From NCBI GenBank assembly GCA_026397045.1, contig JAPLVO010000006.1, positions 1,706 through 65,705 on the forward strand: a stretch of 64,000 nt of DNA. Reading direction: 5' to 3'. This DNA comes from Patescibacteria group bacterium (GTDB taxonomy: Bacteria > Patescibacteriota > Saccharimonadia > CAILAD01 > BJGX01). The notes beneath the pieces are model-generated. The model was not told where the DNA came from. It saw only the letters and a program-made list of their open reading frames with translations, and did no database searches. Below are positions 1 to 9,525 of the stretch, in pieces. A program made the translations under genes and the position numbers. How positions within the stretch are numbered: the first letter of the stretch is position 1; each line of letters starts with the position of its first letter.

Positions 1-1
1 T

Positions 2-466
2 TCGGGCTACTCAGCCGCCGCTGGCAGGACTCCTCTAGTAACAGACTGCGCTGCCAATAGCACAAAAAACGGTAATTACAGATGTGGAATAGGTGGGAAC
101 CTGGGTATAAATCTCAAAGATACACTCGGCCTACCTTTAGCGGGTGAAAATTATAACTTCGCTATAAGAATCAAGCCTTACTATGCCGACACCCATTTCG
201 AGGCAACTGCCCTTATCGATAGCAGCACTAATACAGTGCCTATTCAGAGTAGCAAAGCCCAGATAGATGTCACCGCTAAAACAAATAATTTGTATCGTCG
301 AGTAAAGGCTGAAAAAGTAATAATTCCTTCAGCAGTCGAAAACATATTCGAATCCACCATTTATTCGGCTTCAACCGGAACTTTGGGCTCTAACGCTGGC
401 ATATGCAAGACCATAGTAGTACTTAAAGACAACACTCTTGCGCCCAATCAACCAGCCTGTAATTAG
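2..466 (+). CDS. 3' end of a hypothetical protein whose start lies upstream of the window
   Basis: Frame 2 is open from the first base to TAA at 464-466; the ORF track shows only the last 76 aa; no recognisable family. Confidence 0.4.
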   Translation, partial: SGYSAAAGRTPLVTDCAANSTKNGNYRCGIGGNLGINLKDTLGLPLAGENYNFAIRIKPYYADTHFEATALIDSSTNTVPIQSSKAQIDVTAKTNNLYRRVKAEKVIIPSAVENIFESTIYSASTGTLGSNAGICKTIVVLKDNTLAPNQPACN

Positions 467-503
467 TACCTAGCCTAGCTCGAATCTAATCTTAAAAAAA
501 GCT

Positions 504-1418
504 CTAGTTTTTATGCTCGCGCGAGTGGAATCGCTGGTGTATTTCTTTTAATTGTGGGTCCGTGACATGCGTGTATATCTGGGTAGTGGCAATATTGGCG
601 TGGCCAAGTAGGCTCTGCACACTGCGCAAATCGGCACCATTGCCGAGTAAATCCGTAGCAAAGCTATGGCGTAATGTGTGGGGAGTGACATGCTTGGTGA
701 TGCCTGCCCTGCGAGCGTAGCGCTCGACGATTCGCTGGATTGTTCGGGCCGTAAGACGATTTATATTTGTGGCCTCGGGATCGCGCCGGTTAGGGGCTTG
801 TACGAACAGTGCTTCTTGGCCGTCTTTGCGTTCCTGAAGGTAGCTTATAAGCGCTGATTTCGCCGAGCTACTTATGTATACAGGCCGGTCCTTTTGTCCC
901 TTACCTCTGATGCTAAATTCGCCTTTATCTAGATTAATACTATCGATATTTAGGCTAACAAGCTCCGACACCCGCAACCCAGTCGAAAACAGAAGTTCCA
1001 GTATTGCTCGGTCTCTAAGGCCAATGATATTATCACTCTTTGTGGCCTCAAAGAGGGCTATGATCTCGTCTTCGGTAAGGAAGCTGACTTGAGGCCGAGC
1101 GCTAGAGGCCAGCTCGATTTTTTCGGGGGCGAGGGTCTTGATGTCGCGGCGAGCCAAGTACTTTAGCATTGATCTTAGTGCGATCAAATGGTAGTTTTGG
1201 GTAGTTTTGGATAGCTCTCGTCCATCGACTCCTTTATAGCGATTAAGCCATTTTCGCCACTTAGTTATGGTATCGATATCTATCTCTCGGGCCTTAATAT
1301 CCCCCTTGAATTCGTAGAATCGGTTCAGGTACAGAGAGTAGTTTTCGATAGTCTTAAGGCTACGGCCTTTTTCGATCTCCATATATTCTAAAAATTCTGC
1401 TAAGTAATCTGAAAACAT
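504..1418 (-). CDS. tyrosine site-specific recombinase (XerC/XerD-like integrase family)
   Basis: 304 aa; C-terminal catalytic signature R...HxLRHSFAT...LGH...TTQIYTHV (R-H-R-Y tyrosine recombinase motifs); N-terminal SAM-like core-binding domain. Confidence 0.85.
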   Translation of the reverse strand: MFSDYLAEFLEYMEIEKGRSLKTIENYSLYLNRFYEFKGDIKAREIDIDTITKWRKWLNRYKGVDGRELSKTTQNYHLIALRSMLKYLARRDIKTLAPEKIELASSARPQVSFLTEDEIIALFEATKSDNIIGLRDRAILELLFSTGLRVSELVSLNIDSINLDKGEFSIRGKGQKDRPVYISSSAKSALISYLQERKDGQEALFVQAPNRRDPEATNINRLTARTIQRIVERYARRAGITKHVTPHTLRHSFATDLLGNGADLRSVQSLLGHANIATTQIYTHVTDPQLKEIHQRFHSREHKN

Positions 1419-1505
1419 AGCCTTAGCGTAAGCCTTATTCGGCCACCAGTCAACCTACTTAAATAGCTTGAGAATATTGCCCTACAGGTGTAAAATAGGC
1501 AACTA

Positions 1506-3355
1506 ATGCTAAGATCCATAACCGACATAAAATATTATGATGTAGTGGTGGTGGGGGCTGGCCATGCTGGCTGCGAAGCCGCGATAGCTTCATCAAGGCT
1601 AGGAGCCAAGACACTGCTTATATCCACGAGCCTCTCCAAGGTGGCTGCTTTGCCTTGCAACCCCTCGATGGCAAAGGACACCTGGTACGGGAAATAGACG
1701 CTCTGGGGGGAGCTATGGGTAAAATAACCGATGCCAGCAGTATTCAAATTAAAGAGCTCAATACCAGTAAGGGCCCTGCCGTACGAGCCTATCGCGCCCA
1801 AGTAGATATGGATCTTTATAACCAAAACATGATCAAACAGCTAGCCGAGTGTGATAATCTTGATTTTTTAGAAGACGAGGCTATTGGCATAGAACTAGAT
1901 GCCAAGCAGGTGGCAGGTGTGTCCACAAAGCACAATGGCGTAGTGCCTACTAGCTCGGCGATAGTTTGTAGTGGGACTTTTCTAAATGGCGAGATATTGG
2001 TCGGAGACGATGTGATTCGCAAGGGCGGCAGGATCGATGAAGATTCCTCAATTTGTCTGAGTGATTCTTTGATCTCACTAGGGCTCAAGCGTGCCCGGCT
2101 CAAGACCGGCACACCCCCAAGAATAGCCAGGAGTAGCATCGATTATACGAAGCTTACGGTATCTAATGGTACCGATGGCGATGTCAGCTTCTCGCACCCC
2201 AACACAAGGCTAATGCCAATGGATCAGCAAGTGCCATGCTGGCTAACCTACACTACCCCCGAGACCCACAAGCTGGTTCTTGATAACCTTAGCGAGTCGC
2301 CAGTGTTTTCAGGAAAAATAACTGAGCGTTCGCCACGAAGCTGTCCTAGCCTAGATCGTAAGATATCTAATTTCCCAGATAGACAGCGTCATCCAATATT
2401 CATCGAGCCAGTTGGAAGGCTGGATGGTCCATTTGGCGAGTGGATGTACATCCAGGGTGCCTCGTTGGCATTCCCAGAGGCGCTCCAGGAGTCTATAATC
2501 CGAACTATTCCGGGCCTCGAGAACGCAGTATTTATAAGATACGGTTATGCCGTAGTATATGATTATTTTTTGCCTCACCAGCTAAAGCTAACTTTAGAAA
2601 CCAAACTTGTCTCGGGGCTGTATTTAGCAGGCCAGCTAAATGGCACTACAGGCTACGAGGAGGCTGCCGCACAGGGCTTGATGGCAGGCATTAATGCCGC
2701 CCAAAAAGTTCAATCCAAGGAGCCTTTCATAATAGATCGCAGCCAGGCCTATATTGGTGTACTTATTGAGGATCTAGTGACCAAGGTTCATGTCGAGCCA
2801 TACCGCATGTTCACTAGCAGGGCTGAGTACCGTTTGCTGCTTCGCAATGACAATGCCGATCTTAGGCTCAGTGCCAAGGGCCATAGCATTGGCTTGCTTT
2901 CAGATAAGCAGATGGCCCGAGTAAATAATAAGCAGCGTGCCATAGATAGCTCTATCGCACTACTAAAAAAGCATAGGGTAGTATTAAATGACAAAACTAT
3001 TTCGGCCTACAATTATCTTGCCAGGCCCGAAAACACAATTAGCACTCTGGCATCCGAGCTGGGGGTTGAGGTAAGTGGTGGCATAGCCGAGCAGGTGGTT
3101 TCGGAGGTGAAGTATAGCGGGTATTTTGAAAAGCAAAAGCGCCAGGCCGAAAAGCTTCGGGATCGCCAAGCCCAAGAGCTCCCGGCGGAGCTCGACTATA
3201 GCGTATTACCAGGCCTCCGAAACGAAGCACGAGCCAGGCTTTTGGAGGTGGCACCTGTAAACTTAGCCCAGGCAAGCCAGATACAAGGCGTGACCCCAGC
3301 GGACCTGACAATAATACTCATTGCTGCACACAAGCTTAGCAAGACTGCCAGATAG
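1506..3355 (+). pseudogene. mnmG: tRNA uridine-5-carboxymethylaminomethyl modification enzyme MnmG (GidA), reading frame interrupted near 1665-1676
   Basis: N-terminal FAD motif [14 protein letters not shown] and LPCNPS in frame 0 (1506-1700), then [14 protein letters not shown]...[13 protein letters not shown] in frame +2 (1655-3355). Compared with canonical CNPAIGGIGKGHLV about 10 nt (IGG plus a frameshift) are missing. Confidence 0.8.
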
Positions 3356-3367
3356 TCTGCTATAATA

Positions 3368-4036
3368 TTGAACATGTTTGACCTAGATAGCTTACTTAGA
3401 ACAGTCGGATACGCAGGGATATTCGCGATAGTATTTGCCGAATCAGGACTACTGGTAGGGTTCTTTTTGCCAGGTGATAGTCTGCTTTTTACGGCTGGCT
3501 TTTTAGCATCTCAAGGATTTTTTGATATCTTCATACTTTGCATCATAACCTTTGTCGCAGCTGTGGTGGGGGACAATGTAGGTTACCTTTTCGGACGCAG
3601 AGCAGGACCTAAAGTATTTAAAAAGGAAGATTCCCTAGTGTTTAGCAAATCTAATATTGATAAGTCCACGGCATTTTATGAAAAACACGGCGGTAAGACT
3701 ATTGTTTTGGCCAGATTTATTCCTGTAGTAAGGACTTTTGCCCCAGTCATCGCAGGCGTAGGTAAAATGGACTATAAAAAGTTCCTGCTTTTTAATGTTT
3801 TGGGTGGGTTGATATGGGCTGTTGGTGTAACTGCGCTAGGATATTTCCTAGGCAATATCATTCCTGATGTCGATAAATACCTACTGCCCATAGCCGCACT
3901 TATTATATTGGTTTCCATAGCCCCAGCCTTATGGCATCTCTTAAAAGACCAAGAAAAGCGTGCAGAATATCTGAAACGGATCAAGCAGTCTGCTAGCAAA
4001 ATTAAATCTTCCACTGGCAGGAGATCCAGCAAATGA
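3368..4036 (+). CDS. DedA/VTT-domain family membrane protein
   Basis: 222 aa, multiple TM helices, motif FLPGDSLLFTAGFLA typical of DedA (SNARE-associated) proteins; ATGA overlap with the next gene. Confidence 0.8.
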   Translation: MNMFDLDSLLRTVGYAGIFAIVFAESGLLVGFFLPGDSLLFTAGFLASQGFFDIFILCIITFVAAVVGDNVGYLFGRRAGPKVFKKEDSLVFSKSNIDKSTAFYEKHGGKTIVLARFIPVVRTFAPVIAGVGKMDYKKFLLFNVLGGLIWAVGVTALGYFLGNIIPDVDKYLLPIAALIILVSIAPALWHLLKDQEKRAEYLKRIKQSASKIKSSTGRRSSK

Positions 4037-5322
4037 GTGCTAGTTTGCATAAAATAAGTACTCTACAAAATGGCGCAAAGATCGTAACTCGCACTATGGA
4101 GGATACTGAGAGCGTAACGGTGTCGTTTTTTTTGGGCGCAGGGGGCCGCTACGAGAATATGAAGACCGAATATGGCGCGGCGCATTTCCTAGAGCACTTG
4201 CTATTTAAAGGTACCACCAAGCGGCCAGAGGCAAGAATTATATCCGAAGAAGTGGATTCGGTGGGCGGCTATATGAACGCCTACACGGCCGAAGATCACA
4301 CCTGCTATTATATTAAACTCCCCAAAAATTATGTGGGCTTGGCATTTAATATCCTGGCCGATATCATCACGGACCCACTATTTAAGCCCGAAGAGGTGGA
4401 GCGTGAGCGAGGAGTTATCCTAGAGGAAATGAATGTTTATAAGGATGATCCAGGCAGGTATGTCTATGATTTGGTAGGAGACTTGCTGTGGCCCAGAGAT
4501 AACCTTAGAACCAATATTATCGGCACTGCAGATATAATTTCCAAGATGCCCCGGCAGTTGATTATTGATTATTTTAAAAGCTTGTATTGCATGGATAACC
4601 TAGTTATTTCCGTTGCGGGCAATGTTAGCCATGCCAAGATATTAGAACTCGCAGAGGACCAGCTAGCCGGCTTTAGTAGCAAAACCAGAAGAGGCTATGA
4701 AAAGATAAAGCATGGCCAATCAGAACAGATATCTAGTATTATTCACCAAGATACCAATCAGACTCATATGATCGTAGCTGGCCGAGCACCCCAGATAGAC
4801 GCCGAGGATGAAGCATCTATGAAGATACTAAGCACATTGCTCGGATCCGGAATGAGCTCGAGGCTATTTTTAAATGTTCGCGAACGGAAGGCTCTGGCAT
4901 ATAGCATTTATATGGGCTACGGTAATTATGTAGATAGTGGCAAATTCGAGATCTACGCGGGGGTTAATAATGACAAGGTAGAGGAGGCTGTCGGTGCAAT
5001 TGCCGAGGAGCTTATTAAGGTTCGTGCCGATGGTGTTGGAAAGCGAGAGCTAGATAAAGCCAAAGAGCAAGTTAGGGGTAGGATGGTGATGGGCCTAGAA
5101 AGCAACTCCTCTGTGGCCGATGCAATGGGTAGCGACCTAATCATTAGCGGTAAGGTCTGGACATTAGCTGAGATGATATCTAAAATAGACGCCGTGAGCA
5201 CAGATTCCGTACTCAAAGTAGCTAATAAATACTTGCAGCCGGGGGATTTGCACTTTGCAGCTATCGGGCCAATAGAACCCGAAATACTTCAAAACATCGA
5301 GCAACTTTTACGGACCAAATAA
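4033..5322 (+). CDS. M16-family zinc peptidase (insulinase/PqqL-like processing protease)
   Basis: 429 aa; inverted zinc motif HFLEHLLFKGT (HxxEH) and downstream E; M16 N- and C-domains. Confidence 0.85.
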   Translation: MSASLHKISTLQNGAKIVTRTMEDTESVTVSFFLGAGGRYENMKTEYGAAHFLEHLLFKGTTKRPEARIISEEVDSVGGYMNAYTAEDHTCYYIKLPKNYVGLAFNILADIITDPLFKPEEVERERGVILEEMNVYKDDPGRYVYDLVGDLLWPRDNLRTNIIGTADIISKMPRQLIIDYFKSLYCMDNLVISVAGNVSHAKILELAEDQLAGFSSKTRRGYEKIKHGQSEQISSIIHQDTNQTHMIVAGRAPQIDAEDEASMKILSTLLGSGMSSRLFLNVRERKALAYSIYMGYGNYVDSGKFEIYAGVNNDKVEEAVGAIAEELIKVRADGVGKRELDKAKEQVRGRMVMGLESNSSVADAMGSDLIISGKVWTLAEMISKIDAVSTDSVLKVANKYLQPGDLHFAAIGPIEPEILQNIEQLLRTK

Positions 5323-5348
5323 ATATTTTAAGTAAAGGAGGATAAATA

Positions 5349-5804
5349 ATGGAAAAATCTTTAATTTTAGTTAAGCCAGACGGCCTGCAAAGGGGTTTGG
5401 TAGGCGAGATAATTTCGCGCTTTGAGCGTAAGGGGCTAAAGATTATTGGCCTAAAGATGCTTAGTATCGAGGATGCCACATTAGAGCAGCACTACGAGCA
5501 TATTGCCGATAAGCCATTTTTTGCCGATATTAAGGTTTTTATGAAAAGTTCACCACTTGTAGCCATCGCCCTAGAGGGCGGGGAAGGTGCAGTAGCCGCC
5601 ATTAGAACTCTAGTCGGACCTACTAAAGGGCAAGAGGCTCCAGCAGGCACAATCCGTGGTGACTTCGGGTTGTCTGGCTCGAGCAACCTTGTTCATGCCT
5701 CAGACAGCGTAGAGACCGGCCGGACAGAGGTAGATAGGTTTTTTGGTAGCGATGAGCTGTTTGAATACACCAAGACTGATTTACAGCATGTCTATGGCAA
5801 GTAA
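5349..5804 (+). CDS. ndk: nucleoside diphosphate kinase
   Basis: 151 aa; ERSLILVKPDG-like N-terminus and NxxHASD active-site region (NLVHASDS); AGGAGG RBS at 5335-5340. Confidence 0.95.
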   Translation: MEKSLILVKPDGLQRGLVGEIISRFERKGLKIIGLKMLSIEDATLEQHYEHIADKPFFADIKVFMKSSPLVAIALEGGEGAVAAIRTLVGPTKGQEAPAGTIRGDFGLSGSSNLVHASDSVETGRTEVDRFFGSDELFEYTKTDLQHVYGK

Positions 5805-5828
5805 TTAGCTTAAAAAAATTTGCAAGTT

Positions 5829-5876
5829 TTAACCCCGTCCAATATTGCAGACGGGGTTAAATTCTGAGATTTTTTC
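5829..5876. terminator. rho-independent terminator after ndk (hairpin plus T-run)
   Basis: TAACCCCGTC-n10-GACGGGGTTA stem followed by ATTCTGAGATTTTTT. Confidence 0.8.
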
Positions 5877-5880
5877 TCAG

Positions 5881-6180
5881 TTATGGGGTGTTGATAGTGC
5901 GCTGATCGTGAAGATTGATCACAAAATTGTCTTCTGTGAACACAAAATCTTTCCACGGCGAGTGCTCATTGGGGCGCTTAGCGCCTTTCTTTCGGTTGGG
6001 TATGCTGTACCTACTCTTCCTCTTCGCGACATGCCCCTGCTTCTTGCGGCGTGATTTCCTCTTTCGAGGAGGCCTCACCTTTTTTGGCATTCCTACTACT
6101 GACAAATCCGTTACTCTCCCCCTGTAGACAAGCTGTCGATACGACAGCAACCTTGAATTAAGGTTGCTATACATTATCAC
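5881..6180 (-). CDS. hypothetical small, extremely basic protein (Lys/Arg-rich); may not be a real gene
   Basis: 99-aa ORF with PKKVRPPRKRKSRRKKQGHVAKRKSRYSIPNRKKGAKRP; purine-rich coding strand; no SD; overlapping ORFs on the other strand; no family recognised. Confidence 0.25.
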   Translation of the reverse strand: MIMYSNLNSRLLSYRQLVYRGRVTDLSVVGMPKKVRPPRKRKSRRKKQGHVAKRKSRYSIPNRKKGAKRPNEHSPWKDFVFTEDNFVINLHDQRTINTP

Positions 6181-6308
6181 AGCCTAATGGGGTAGTGCAA
6201 GCCTAGGCGCCAGGCTAGATTCCCTCCGCTAGCCAGCGGACTAGCCGAACCCTGTGTTCGATCCCAGGCAAACTAACAAAGCCTACAAGCCATGAAGGCT
6301 AATAGACT

Positions 6309-6327
6309 TTGGTACCCTGGGAGGGAA
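6309..6327. repeat. 19-bp direct repeat of the tRNA-Arg 3' end (TTGGTACCCTGGGAGGGAA), att-like scar
   Basis: Identical 19-mer at 6309-6327 and inside tRNA-Arg at 6467-6485 (plus-strand coordinates). Confidence 0.8.
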
Positions 6328-6467
6328 GGCGGCTAAAGCCTTTTTCGTTAAGTGCTCGCTAAATAATCAAACAAGTTTGTTATTTGTCTGCGCGCTTTAC
6401 TGCACCGAACCCTGGGTTCTTTCTCATTGTACCAATATCATTTGCTATCTGCGACAGCCAATAATAT

Positions 6468-6543
6468 TGGTACCCTGGGAGGGAATCGAACCCCCGACGC
6501 TCTCCTTAGGACGGAGACGCTCTATCCACTGAGCTACCAGGGC
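6468..6543 (-). tRNA. tRNA-Arg (anticodon CCT)
   Basis: Reverse complement folds as GCCCTGG acceptor stem, GCTC/GAGC D-stem, anticodon loop GT-CCT-AA, GGTTCGATTCC T-arm, encoded CCA. Confidence 0.9.
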
Positions 6544-6658
6544 ATGTTTATATTATAACCCATCTTCTATAAGATTGACAAAATACAGCATAAGTTGTGT
6601 AGTTCTAGTTCTTAGCCCGCACCCTGCGAGCTCCGGACCCTGGAAGGGTAAATATGGA

Positions 6659-7063
6659 ATGCCAAGCCTGTGCACTTACGAATGGACGGGGGCAGCGCTT
6701 ATTAATTGCCCCAACTGCGATGCAACCATTGGGGAGACCCCAGAGTTGCCTGCATCCGCTCAAACTCAAACTCAAACTCAAACTGCCGCTGAACCCGCAG
6801 AGGAAACCCCAATAATGTACTTTTTCGAGCTAAAAGATAAATTAACGGTAAATGCCATTGTTTATCATGCTAAAGCAGTATCATCTGCCGACGCAAAGGG
6901 AGCTTTACGGAATTTCTACATACAAACAGGGGTTACAAAATATTCTATTCATTGCAACGAAAAGACTATGACAGAAGAAGAAGTCCGAAAAAGACCAGGA
7001 TATTCAGGATATTTAGTCTGGCAGGGGAGTGGTGACGATAAAATAGTCGTTATGCGGAAGTGA
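6659..7063 (+). CDS. hypothetical protein with CPNC motif and (QT)4 repeat; start uncertain
   Basis: ORF 6575-7063; internal ATG at 6659 (MPSLCTYEW...); no recognised domain. Confidence 0.4.
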   Translation: MPSLCTYEWTGAALINCPNCDATIGETPELPASAQTQTQTQTAAEPAEETPIMYFFELKDKLTVNAIVYHAKAVSSADAKGALRNFYIQTGVTKYSIHCNEKTMTEEEVRKRPGYSGYLVWQGSGDDKIVVMRK

Positions 7064-7076
7064 TTCGTTTGACCAT

Positions 7077-7126
7077 AGACCCTTCCCGATCACAAAGGAG
7101 TGATTGGGGAGGGTCTTTCTATTATT
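7077..7126. terminator. rho-independent terminator
   Basis: AGACCCTTCCCGATCAC / GTGATTGGGGAGGGTCT inverted repeat followed by a T-rich tract. Confidence 0.7.
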
Positions 7127-7152
7127 GCTAAAATTAAGTTACAATAAAACTT

Positions 7153-7713
7153 ATGCAAGAACACAAACGAGACAGAGTTAAAAAAAGGATCGCCATAACG
7201 GGCGACGAAGAAGATGTCGTAGCTGTCACAAGGCAGTTTCCGATAGTGTTGCGCCTGCCACTAATTTTAGGGATGTTGGTGGTGCTTATAGGCTTCGTAC
7301 CTTGGGTATTTGCATTCGGGCTCAGCACTAGCTGGCTTGGCCTCAGTTACGCATGGATGGGTGTCTGCGCGGCAATTCTCTTTGCTTATTGGCTACGAGC
7401 CTGGGTGGGTTGGCACTATAGTATATATGTTCTGACCAACCAACGATTATTGGTAGTAAAGCAAAACGGTTTCTTCACCAGAGAAGTAGCCGACTTAGCA
7501 CTTCATAATATTCAAAATGTTAATTATTCTATCAAGGGGTTCCAGGGATCGCTGTTTGGTTTTGGCAGCCTGAGTATTGATACGCTATCGGGGGCCGGTG
7601 GCCTAGAGCTAAGGTATGTCCACAAGCCAGCCAAGCTACAAAAGCAAATTATGAACGAAGTACATAAGTACGGACCTGCCAATACCAAGGAGCAGGTGAC
7701 AAAAAGCCCATAG
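7153..7713 (+). CDS. membrane protein with bacterial PH domain (bPH_2/YdbS-YdbT-like)
   Basis: 186 aa; two N-terminal TM helices then YSIYVLTNQRLLVVKQNGFFTREV...SLSIDT, typical of bPH_2. Confidence 0.7.
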   Translation: MQEHKRDRVKKRIAITGDEEDVVAVTRQFPIVLRLPLILGMLVVLIGFVPWVFAFGLSTSWLGLSYAWMGVCAAILFAYWLRAWVGWHYSIYVLTNQRLLVVKQNGFFTREVADLALHNIQNVNYSIKGFQGSLFGFGSLSIDTLSGAGGLELRYVHKPAKLQKQIMNEVHKYGPANTKEQVTKSP

Positions 7714-7753
7714 CCGTGTAACATATTAACTATTAACAGAAAGGTTTTAAATC

Positions 7754-8842
7754 GTGCCTAAAGACCCAGACATCAAATCCAACTCCAAGACACCCGCCAA
7801 AGCCGCAACCGTAGCTAACAACAAACAAAAAGCTGGCGCCAAATCGGCACCCGAAAGTAAGCTCAAGGCTTCTGCCAAGCCATCTGCGAAGCAGCTTAGC
7901 TTTAAGGATAAGCTCAGTAAGATAGGCGTTAAAAAGGGGCCCAGTAAGAAGACTATTACGGCTGTTGGCGTAGGTTCACTGGTAGCACTAGTGCTGACAA
8001 TAGCAGTATTTGGTGTAATGATATACAAATACAAGTCCGCCAATAGAGCGGTTAAGATAGCCAGTAAAGTGATACCATACCCTGTGGCAAGTGTTAATGG
8101 GAATTATATTTTCAACACCGCTAGCTACAACGAGTACCTATTTGAGCTGGCTTCAATCCAAAAGTTCTATCAATCTCAGGGTCAAGATTTAACAACTGAG
8201 GAAGGCAAGGTAAAGTTAGCCCAACTAAAGAACGATATAATAACCCAGCTAGAGGACAATGAGATCATAAACCAGCAAGCTGCTAAGTATGGAATTAAGG
8301 TAAGTAGCAAGGAGGTTCAGGAGCAATTTGATACTTTGGTAAAGGAGGCCGGCGGAATAGAGAAGGTAAAGACAACACTGGACAAGCTTTATGGCTGGAC
8401 AGTGGAGGACTTTAAGGCAAAAATTAATCAAAGTATTATCCAAAAGAAGCTAGCCGAAAAAATACTTGCTGATGATAAGCTCAACGATACTGCAAAATCT
8501 CAAGCAGAGGATCTTAAGAAGCAGATCGATGCAGGCGCTGATTTTGCCGAACTTGCCAAGAAATTCTCGGGTGATGAAGGCAGCGCCAGCAATAATGGGG
8601 ATCTCGGCCTAATCATTAAGGGCCAAACCGTACCAGAGTTCGAAGCTGCGGCCTATGCTTTAGAGCCAGGGCAGGTAAGCGCGGTAATTAAAACTCAATT
8701 CGGATACCATATTATAAAAGTTACTGGCAAAGAGGGAGATCAAGTCAGGGCTAGCCACATTCTCATAAAAGGCGTAGATATCCAGACCTGGCTGAGAGAC
8801 CAACGCGCCAAAAGTCAGATCCGACAGTACTTCTACCCGTAG
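7754..8842 (+). CDS. PrsA/SurA-like parvulin-type peptidyl-prolyl isomerase (membrane-anchored foldase)
   Basis: 362 aa, GTG start; Lys/Ala-rich N-terminus, one TM helix, C-terminal PpiC domain (FAELAKKFSGDEGSASNNGDLG...FGYHIIKV). Confidence 0.8.
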   Translation: MPKDPDIKSNSKTPAKAATVANNKQKAGAKSAPESKLKASAKPSAKQLSFKDKLSKIGVKKGPSKKTITAVGVGSLVALVLTIAVFGVMIYKYKSANRAVKIASKVIPYPVASVNGNYIFNTASYNEYLFELASIQKFYQSQGQDLTTEEGKVKLAQLKNDIITQLEDNEIINQQAAKYGIKVSSKEVQEQFDTLVKEAGGIEKVKTTLDKLYGWTVEDFKAKINQSIIQKKLAEKILADDKLNDTAKSQAEDLKKQIDAGADFAELAKKFSGDEGSASNNGDLGLIIKGQTVPEFEAAAYALEPGQVSAVIKTQFGYHIIKVTGKEGDQVRASHILIKGVDIQTWLRDQRAKSQIRQYFYP

Positions 8843-8853
8843 ATATATAAGCT

Positions 8854-9465
8854 ATGACTAAAGCCAAAAAGCCCTTCCTCGATAGCTACAGAAAGTTTGC
8901 CCTAATACTAGTAATACTAAGCGTGATTGGGCTGATGGCTTCATTCATATTAACAGTCGAGAAAATAAACCTACTAAAATATCCTTCCAGCCCGCTTAGC
9001 TGCAATCTTAACCCCATAGTAAGCTGCGGCTCTGTTATTGAGTCGGGCCAAGCAGAAGCCTTTGGATTTACGAACTCTCTAATCGGGCTTGCTGGATTCA
9101 GCGTTATAATAACCATCTGCGTAGGCATGCTGGCTGGCGCCAAGTACAAGAAGTGGTTCTGGCTGGGGCTGCAAGCCGGCACGATACTAGGTGTTATTTT
9201 TGCACATTGGCTGTTCTACCAGAGTGTATATGTCATACAAGCACTTTGTCCTTTCTGCATAGTTGTCTGGGCGGTTGTTATTGGGCTTTTTGTATATACC
9301 ACCTGCTTTAATTTTGCTGAGGGTAATATTAAAACCCCTAAGCAACTATCTTCTGCTATCAAGTGGCTCACTCACAATGCATGGTTTATCGTGGCTTTAT
9401 GGTATTTAGCAATAATCGTAGCTATCCTGACAAATTTCTGGTACTACTGGAAGACACTGTTTTAG
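8854..9465 (+). CDS. vitamin K epoxide reductase (VKOR) family membrane thiol oxidoreductase
   Basis: 203 aa, about 5 TM helices; loop cysteine pair CNLNPIVSC and TM CxxC active site (CPFC). Confidence 0.75.
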   Translation: MTKAKKPFLDSYRKFALILVILSVIGLMASFILTVEKINLLKYPSSPLSCNLNPIVSCGSVIESGQAEAFGFTNSLIGLAGFSVIITICVGMLAGAKYKKWFWLGLQAGTILGVIFAHWLFYQSVYVIQALCPFCIVVWAVVIGLFVYTTCFNFAEGNIKTPKQLSSAIKWLTHNAWFIVALWYLAIIVAILTNFWYYWKTLF

Positions 9466-9489
9466 GGGTTTAAGGAAATTAGATCATAG

Positions 9490-9523
9490 AAAAAGCCTCA
9501 ATCAGTAGGGTTGAGGCTTTTTC
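9490..9523. terminator. bidirectional rho-independent terminator
   Basis: AAAAAGCCTCAA-n9-TTGAGGCTTTTT; A-run upstream and T-run downstream. Confidence 0.8.
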
Positions 9524-9525
9524 TA

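Noticed and set aside
504-1418. The XerC-like recombinase as the integrase of the element at tRNA-Arg
   Set aside because: It is separated from the att-like repeat by 5 kb of housekeeping genes (mnmG, dedA, peptidase, ndk) and sits next to mnmG like a chromosomal XerC/D. No flanking repeats were seen.
1535-3311. Multiple antisense ORFs inside mnmG (1535-1825, 1816-2139, 2351-2578, 2788-3311 minus)
   Set aside because: They are shadow ORFs opposite a strongly supported conserved CDS with no independent signals. The same reasoning applies to other intragenic antisense ORFs throughout the track.
6200-6280. Possible plus-strand tRNA suggested by a T-arm-like CCTGTGTTCGATCCCAGG
   Set aside because: No matching acceptor stem, D-arm or anticodon arm can be drawn, so it is treated as a tRNA-like fragment only.
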